DNA from: Planctomycetota bacterium
Lineage (GTDB): Bacteria > Planctomycetota > UBA1135 > JALUZX01
Assembly (NCBI GenBank): GCA_027011425.1
Contig: JALUZX010000628.1
Location: forward strand, 1 to 21,222
DNA length: 21,222 bases
Reading direction: 5' to 3'
A program made the position numbers and the translations under genes. Below the pieces are notes generated by a model. The model worked only from the letters and a program-made list of their open reading frames with translations. It was not told the DNA's origin and ran no database searches. Shown piece after piece: positions 15,944-21,222 of this stretch; position 1 is the stretch's first letter; each line of letters opens with the position of its first letter.

Positions 15944-18277
15944 TCAGGAAATTCCCGCGAGTCGTTTCAGCTGGTCCAGGGCGGCGGGAAGACCCGTTCC
16001 GCCCACCCTGAAGAGGAAGGGTTCCGACAGGTCGAAGAGGCGCAGATAACTCCGCCTCTGGAAGGAGAGCCTGTCCTCGCCGGCGTCCAGGATGTGGGGA
16101 TTCAGGAAGGGGTGTCCCCCTGCGCCGGTGGTGGTGGAGAGGGATTCCAGTGTCCGGACCGCTTCGTCCGGCTTGATGGGTTCGGGGGAGCCCGTCCCGC
16201 TCTCCGGGGAGAGGAGCACGGTCCACCGGATGTTGGTCCGCCTCGCGTATTTTTCGCTTCCCCCGATCCAGAAGGGATCGAGGAGGGCGTGGGAGTCCTT
16301 GGAGGCGAAGAGGCAGTAGGGGGCGCCCTTCTCCAGGAGGCAGTCCCCGGCGAGTTCGCAGGATGTGTTCCGGCAGTCCTCGCGCCGGGTGACCACATTG
16401 AGGCAGAGGCTCCTGGCGACGGGGTCTTCCAGGGAGGGAACGGTCTTCACCGTCCTGGCGGGAAGGAAGATCTTCCGCTCGGGCATGTCCGCCGTGGCCG
16501 CGCCTCCGCCGTAGTGCAGGAAGGAGAGGTCGATGCCGTGGAGCCTCACGCCCTTTTCCCGGAGGAGCCCGAAGGTGAGTTCCGTCTTCATCACCCCCGC
16601 GGGCCCGAGCAGGAGCAGTCCCTTGCCGTCCAGGTCGAGGCTCATCCCTCTGACCGCATGGGCGTCGCCGAGCCTTCCGCTGATGTCGGCCGCCGTCCCC
16701 AGCGCCAGGGTGCGGAGCCTGGCGTAGTCGTCGCAGTTGACCAGAAGGGCCGTCCGCGTCTCGGGGTCGTAGTAGGCGTGGGGCTCGCGGCCTTTGACCC
16801 CTTCCACGGCGTAGATTACGGCGTGGGGCTCGATGTCCGCCTCCAACTCGGCGGGAAAGAAGTTCTCCGTGAAGAGTTCGCACAGGTGGGGGAGGTTGGT
16901 CCGAAGCTGGATCACGAGTCCCGCCACGTTTGCGTTCCACTCGTGGTAGTGGTCGAAGGGAAGGAAGCTCTCCACCTCGGCCACCAGGGCGTTGCGCCGC
17001 TCGGCGCCGGGCTGGATCTCCAGGGGGACGGGTTTCCTCGAGCGGGTGCGGATGTTGCGGAGGGCGGCTTTGCGGACCTTGCGGGCCGGTTTCAGCTTGC
17101 CCAGGGCGGCGGAGATCCGGTCCGCCGCCGCCGAGAGGTTCTCCATGGAAGTTGCATAGGAGAGGCGGATGTGGTCGTCGGCGCCGAAGGCGTCCCCCGG
17201 CACGACCGCCACGGCCGCCTCCTTGAGGAGGAAGTAGGCCAGGCCGTAGGAGTTGCGCATGGGCACGCCTTCGTACTCCAGGTCGTAATAGGCGGAGACG
17301 TTGGGGAAGAGGTAGAAGGCCCCTTCCGGCCGGTGGCAGGACACGCCCGGAAGGGATGCGATCCTCTGGTGGAGGTAGTTGCGGCGGCGGCTGAACTCCA
17401 TGGCCATCCTGCGCACCTCGAACTGGGGGCCCGAGAGGGCCTCACGGGCGGCCTCCTGGGAGATGGAGGAAGCGTTGGATGTGACGTGTCCCTGGATCTT
17501 GGCCATGGCGGCGATGACCGGCTCGGGGCCGGCGGCGAATCCAAGCCGCCAGCCCGTCATGGCGAAGGCCTTGGAGACGCCGTTGATCACCACCGTCCGC
17601 CGGCGGACTTCCTCGCCCAGGGAGGCGAAACTCGTGAACCGGAAATCGTCGTAAACGAGTTGGCTGTAGATCTCGTCGGCCGCCGCCAGGATGTCCTCTT
17701 CCACCACCACCCGGGCCAGGGCCTCGAGCTGGTCCCTGGTGTAGGCCGAGCCCGTCGGGTTGGAGGGGTTGTTGAGGAGAAGGAGCCTGGTGGAGGGGGT
17801 GATCGCCGCCCGGAGTCGTTCCGGGTCCACCCGGAACCCGTCCTCCTCGCGGGTGGCGAGGATCACCGGGGTCCCGCCGGCAAGCTCCACCATCTCCGGG
17901 TAGGAGACCCAGTAGGGGGAGGGGATGATCACCTCGTCCCCCTCGTCCACCAGGGCCATCACCAGGTTGAAGAGGGACTGCTTGGCCCCCGTGGAGACCA
18001 GGATCTCCCGGATGCCGTAATGGAGCCCGTGCTCGCGGCGGAGCCAGGCTGCGGCCGCCTCGCGGAGTTCCACGGTCCCCTGGTTGAGGGTATACCTGGT
18101 CTTGTCGGCGTCGATGGCCCGGCGGCCCGCCTCCTTGACGTTGCGGGGCGTGGGAAAGTCGGGCTCGCCCACGCTGAGATCGATGACGTCGATCCCCTGG
18201 GCCCGCATGGCCTTGGCCTTGGCGGAGATCTTCAGTGTGGCCGAGGCGCCGACGCGCTTGACTCGATCGGAAAACAC
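15944..18277 (-). CDS. Fusion protein: N-terminal class-I (aspartate/aromatic-type) PLP aminotransferase plus a C-terminal ~350-aa domain with an HprK/PEPCK-like degenerate P-loop; GTG start preceded by GAGAGGAAGG
   Basis: Aminotransferase half: NNPSNPTG and SKAFAMTGWRLG (PLP-Lys) motifs, with an N-terminus like AspAT (RVKRVGASATLKISAKAKAMRAQGIDVIDLSVGEPDF). C-terminal half: GLLLLGPAGVMKTELTFGLLREKGVRLHGIDLS parallels the HprK C-domain pattern vLitGpSGvGKSE.aLeLi.rGhrLvaDD, but the GKS/T is replaced by MKT. The two halves are joined by a basic linker (KPARKVRKAALRNIRTRSRKP) in one continuous 777-aa ORF. Confidence 0.7.
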   Translation of the reverse strand: MFSDRVKRVGASATLKISAKAKAMRAQGIDVIDLSVGEPDFPTPRNVKEAGRRAIDADKTRYTLNQGTVELREAAAAWLRREHGLHYGIREILVSTGAKQSLFNLVMALVDEGDEVIIPSPYWVSYPEMVELAGGTPVILATREEDGFRVDPERLRAAITPSTRLLLLNNPSNPTGSAYTRDQLEALARVVVEEDILAAADEIYSQLVYDDFRFTSFASLGEEVRRRTVVINGVSKAFAMTGWRLGFAAGPEPVIAAMAKIQGHVTSNASSISQEAAREALSGPQFEVRRMAMEFSRRRNYLHQRIASLPGVSCHRPEGAFYLFPNVSAYYDLEYEGVPMRNSYGLAYFLLKEAAVAVVPGDAFGADDHIRLSYATSMENLSAAADRISAALGKLKPARKVRKAALRNIRTRSRKPVPLEIQPGAERRNALVAEVESFLPFDHYHEWNANVAGLVIQLRTNLPHLCELFTENFFPAELEADIEPHAVIYAVEGVKGREPHAYYDPETRTALLVNCDDYARLRTLALGTAADISGRLGDAHAVRGMSLDLDGKGLLLLGPAGVMKTELTFGLLREKGVRLHGIDLSFLHYGGGAATADMPERKIFLPARTVKTVPSLEDPVARSLCLNVVTRREDCRNTSCELAGDCLLEKGAPYCLFASKDSHALLDPFWIGGSEKYARRTNIRWTVLLSPESGTGSPEPIKPDEAVRTLESLSTTTGAGGHPFLNPHILDAGEDRLSFQRRSYLRLFDLSEPFLFRVGGTGLPAALDQLKRLAGIS

Positions 18278-18315
18278 CTTCGCCTTCCTCTCCCGGGGGT
18301 TTCAGGATCCCGGGC

Positions 18316-19731
18316 CTACTCCCGGTCTTCCTCTTCTTCTTTCTTGGAGCCGAATTTCCGCTGGAGCACTTCCTTGATGTCAACGCCCGCCAGGGCCTTG
18401 ACCACCTCCGGAAGTTGGGCAAGGACTGAGGCCACCTGCCCGGTGAGCGCCGAGGGGCCGCCCGCGCCGGAACCGCCCACCATGACGATCTTGTCCACCT
18501 TGGAGAGGGGCTCCGAGACGGAGCGGGCGAGTTCGGGCATGGCCTGGAAGAGCATCTGGGCCAGGGCCGTCTCGGGCTGGGAGGCCAGGGCCTTGAGCTT
18601 CTCGCTCGCCGCCTTGGCCTCGGCCTTTCCGAGGGCCTCCGCCCGAAGGGCCTCGGACTCCCCTTCCAGCCTCCGGGCCTCCGCCTTGGCCTTGGCCTCC
18701 TCCTTGATCCGGGCCGCCTCGGCCTGGGCCTCGGCCTGGGCCTGGTATTTGCGGGCGTCGGCGATCTTTTTGACCGTGGCCTCCAGCTCTTTTTCTTTGC
18801 GGAGGATTTCCTTCTCCTGCAGCTCGATGGCCTTTTCCTTCTCGGCGATCCGGACATCGTATTCGGCCCGGCGGACTTCGAGTTCCAGGTTGTAGCGCTC
18901 CAGGTCGTAGGCCAGGTCCGTCTGGGCCTTGACCCGGTTGACCTTGGCCTGGTTCTCCGCCTTCTTCCCCTCGATCTCCAGGCGGAAGGCGGCGATCTCG
19001 GCCTCCGCCTGGATGCGCGCCTTGTCCCCCTGCTTGCGGGCTTCCGAGGCCTTGATCGTGGCGTCCCTGTCGGCCTCGGCCTGGGCCACCTCGGCCTCCG
19101 CCTTGACCCGGGCCACTTCCGGGCGGCCCAGGGCGTCCAGGTAGCCCTGGCTGTCGGTGAGGTCCTTGAGGGAGAAGGAGAGGATGGTGAGGCCCATGCG
19201 CTTCAGGTCCTCCGAGGCGGGCTCCAGGACCTTCCGGGCGAAGTCGTCCCGGTTCTGGTAGATCTCCTCCACCGTCATCTTGCCGATGGCGGCCCGCATG
19301 TAGCCCTCCAGCACGGTATGGGCCACCTCCCGGATGTAGTCGGCCCCCTTGCCCAGGAACTGCTCCGCCGCGGCGTGGATGGAGCCCTCGTCGGTCTGGA
19401 TCTTCACCTGGGCCAGGGCCTCGGCGATGAGCGGGACCCCCCGGGCGGAGAGGACCTCCGGGGTGCGGACGGGCACGGTCACCACCTCCAGGTTCAGGGT
19501 CTCTGCCCGCTCCAGGAAGGGGAGGACCAGGGTGCCTCCGCCCACGCAGGTCCGGTACCCCACCGTGACGGTCGTGCCGTCGGGCTTGGTGAGGGTCCGT
19601 TTCTTGAGCCCGTAGATGATGAGGACCTGGTTGGGGCCCACCTTCTTGTAGTTCTTGGAAGCAAGAAAGGCGATGCCCGAGAGCAGGGCCAGGACGACGA
19701 GGACGACGATGAGCGTGGCCATTTCCTCCAC
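18316..19731 (-). CDS. Flotillin-like SPFH/band-7 protein (FloA/YqiK-like) with a long Ala/Glu/Lys coiled-coil segment; start is GTG at 19731 or ATG at 19722
   Basis: N-terminal TM helix (LIVVLVVLALLSGIAFLA), an SPFH core (VVTVPVRTPEVLSARGVPLIAEALAQVKIQ) and an extended EA/AK-rich repeat region, ~470 aa overall, as in bacterial flotillins. Confidence 0.8.
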   Translation of the reverse strand: MEEMATLIVVLVVLALLSGIAFLASKNYKKVGPNQVLIIYGLKKRTLTKPDGTTVTVGYRTCVGGGTLVLPFLERAETLNLEVVTVPVRTPEVLSARGVPLIAEALAQVKIQTDEGSIHAAAEQFLGKGADYIREVAHTVLEGYMRAAIGKMTVEEIYQNRDDFARKVLEPASEDLKRMGLTILSFSLKDLTDSQGYLDALGRPEVARVKAEAEVAQAEADRDATIKASEARKQGDKARIQAEAEIAAFRLEIEGKKAENQAKVNRVKAQTDLAYDLERYNLELEVRRAEYDVRIAEKEKAIELQEKEILRKEKELEATVKKIADARKYQAQAEAQAEAARIKEEAKAKAEARRLEGESEALRAEALGKAEAKAASEKLKALASQPETALAQMLFQAMPELARSVSEPLSKVDKIVMVGGSGAGGPSALTGQVASVLAQLPEVVKALAGVDIKEVLQRKFGSKKEEEEDRE

Positions 19732-19867
19732 CCGCTGGCTGGGACTACTTCGCGTGGGAACCGCCGCCAGAGGCGGCTCTTGGGGGACACAGGGCGAAAC
19801 CTATGGAACCCCTCCCGGAAGGGGCCTCTTTCCCGGTTTGTCCCGGGAAAGAAGGGGAAAAATGAGG

Positions 19868-19896
19868 ATTCTACGGGGTGGGAGGGGAGGCGACAA
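19868..19896 (-). promoter_or_regulatory. Candidate sigma70-like promoter upstream of the flotillin gene (minus strand: TTGTCG - 17 nt - TAGAAT)
   Basis: The hexamers were read from the reverse complement of the 19732-19902 intergenic region. Spacing is ideal, but the hexamer match is only moderate and the assignment is speculative. Confidence 0.2.
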
Positions 19897-19902
19897 AGGG
19901 AA

Positions 19903-21120
19903 TCAGGCCGTCTCCTCCACTTCCCACTGGTGGTCCTGGAGGATGAGGCCCACCTCCTTGCCCACGTTCCGAACCACCAGGTTCTTCTCCTGGACGGCCT
20001 GGTCGAAGCGGATCTTCTCCTCCGGGTCCACGAGCCAGGCGAAGACCACGAATTCCCCGGCCAGCAGGTCCAGGCGGGGGATGTCCAGGACGATCCTCCC
20101 GGCGCTCTTTTCCACCTTCAGGCCTTCCCAGGCTGTGGAGAAGGCGAAGCAAAGGGTGGTGTCCGTTCGGGTGAACCCCACGCCCAGGGAGACCTCCCGG
20201 GGAGGGCCCGGGTTGGAGAAGTCCACCACCACCTGCACGGCGGCGCCGGGACGGACCTCCTGGAGGGGCTCCCCCGTGGCGGGGTCCACCGTGCGGATTC
20301 CGTCGATCCTGGGCCGGTTCTCTTCCTCCGCCGGGCGGCCGGGGAGCTGGGAGAGGACGTCCATCTCCCTGCCGATGAGCTGCTTTTCGTAGGTGGCGTA
20401 GTCGTTGGTGACCATCATGGCGTTCCCGATTTCCCGGATACGCCCGTTCTTGAGCCAGGCCGCCTCGTCGCAGAGCTGGCGGATGTCGTAGAGGGAGTGG
20501 GAGCAGAAGAGGATGGTCTTTCCCTGTTTCTTGAAGCTCCAGATCTTGTCTACGCACCGCTTCTGGAACTCCATGTCCCCCACCGAGAGGATCTCGTCCA
20601 GGATGAGCACGTCCGGGTCCACCGAGATGGCCACGGAGAAGCCCAGCCGGCAGACCATGCCCGAGCTGTAGGTGCGCAAGGGCGCGTCGATGAAGTCCTG
20701 GAGCCCCGAGAATTCCAGGATCTCCTGGAAGTTCCGCTCCATCTCCCGGCGGGAGAAGCCCATCATGGCGGCGTTCATGAAGATGTTGGCCCTGCCGCTG
20801 AAGTCCTTGTGGAACCCGGCCCCCAGTTCCAGCAGGCTCGCCACTTTGCCTTGGACCCGGAACCCTCCCACCGTGGGGAATGTCGTCCCCGAGAGGATCT
20901 TGAGGAGGGTGGACTTGCCTGCGCCGTTTTCCCCCACCAGGCCGAAGGTGGACCCTTTCGGAACATCGATGCTGATGTCCCGGAGGGCCCAGAGGGAGCG
21001 GTGGTATTTCTTCTTCCCCAGGGTGAGGCTTTCCAGGAGCCGGTGGTAGGGATTCCCGTAGAGCCGGTACTCCTTGCCCAGATTTTGGATTTCTACTGCA
21101 TTCTCCATGGACCGGTTCAT
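19903..21120 (-). CDS. ABC transporter ATP-binding protein of the polysaccharide/O-antigen export type (Wzt/TagH/KpsT-like) with a C-terminal extra domain; an alternative start is the ATG at 21108
   Basis: Walker A GENGAGKSTLLKILSG, signature YSSGMVCRLGFSVA, Walker B VLILDEILSVGD and an H-loop CSHS. The N-terminal LGKEYRLY block is typical of ABC-2 export ATPases. A ~150-aa C-terminal domain follows the ATPase core. Confidence 0.8.
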   Translation of the reverse strand: MNRSMENAVEIQNLGKEYRLYGNPYHRLLESLTLGKKKYHRSLWALRDISIDVPKGSTFGLVGENGAGKSTLLKILSGTTFPTVGGFRVQGKVASLLELGAGFHKDFSGRANIFMNAAMMGFSRREMERNFQEILEFSGLQDFIDAPLRTYSSGMVCRLGFSVAISVDPDVLILDEILSVGDMEFQKRCVDKIWSFKKQGKTILFCSHSLYDIRQLCDEAAWLKNGRIREIGNAMMVTNDYATYEKQLIGREMDVLSQLPGRPAEEENRPRIDGIRTVDPATGEPLQEVRPGAAVQVVVDFSNPGPPREVSLGVGFTRTDTTLCFAFSTAWEGLKVEKSAGRIVLDIPRLDLLAGEFVVFAWLVDPEEKIRFDQAVQEKNLVVRNVGKEVGLILQDHQWEVEETA

Positions 21121-21222
21121 TTCCTGGAAAGGTAACCCTGGGGTTCGGCCATCTTGTTTTTTTGCCCCCTTTTCGGGGGGCCGGGGAAGGCTTTTTTCGG
21201 GGCGGCCTTCCCCCCTCCTATC

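Noticed and set aside
13565-18895. 1776-aa ORF on the + strand
   Set aside because: It lies antisense to four well-supported minus-strand genes (ndk, PEPCK-like, aminotransferase fusion, flotillin). Its translation is low-complexity G/R/P/A-rich with no motifs, the typical stop-codon-poor antisense frame of GC-rich DNA.
19318-21135. 605-aa + strand ORF opposite the flotillin and ABC genes
   Set aside because: Same GC-driven antisense artefact; both minus-strand genes have clear family signatures (Walker A/B and signature motifs; SPFH domain).
21121-21222. GC-rich hairpins with T-runs (GCCCCC-ttttcg-GGGGGC and GGGGAAGGC...GCCTTCCCC) at the window edge as terminators
   Set aside because: The T-runs lie inside loops or 5' of the stems, so neither strand gives a stem followed by a U-tract. 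They sit in the leader/promoter region of the minus-strand ABC gene and the window ends here, so they cannot be interpreted.

Overview
This window comes from a high-GC bacterial chromosome. The first ~7.8 kb on the + strand is the distal half of a respiratory complex I operon (nuoH 5'-partial, nuoI, nuoJ, nuoK, nuoL, nuoM, nuoN) with the usual ATGA start/stop overlaps; nuoL carries an in-frame tandem duplication. With no terminator after nuoN, two overlapping + strand genes follow: a DprA (Smf) Rossmann-domain-only protein and a ComF-type phosphoribosyltransferase (PRTase) domain protein with no zinc finger, whose codon usage is visibly A/T-richer than its neighbours. These two are the most interesting candidate for an undescribed two-gene nucleotide/ssDNA-targeting module. 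A bidirectional hairpin terminator separates them from a convergent minus-strand array: a Sec-secreted hypothetical protein with an AT-rich upstream region, a HEPN/MNT (HI0074/HI0073-type) toxin-antitoxin pair in reversed gene order, an OPT-family oligopeptide transporter, nucleoside diphosphate kinase, a divergent ATP-type PEP-carboxykinase-like protein, a class-I aminotransferase fused to a C-terminal HprK/PEPCK-like degenerate P-loop domain, a flotillin (SPFH) protein, and a Wzt/TagH-like ABC export ATPase. I found no rRNA, tRNA, CRISPR, transposase or integrase. Several very long ORFs on the opposite strand of real genes are GC-driven artefacts.
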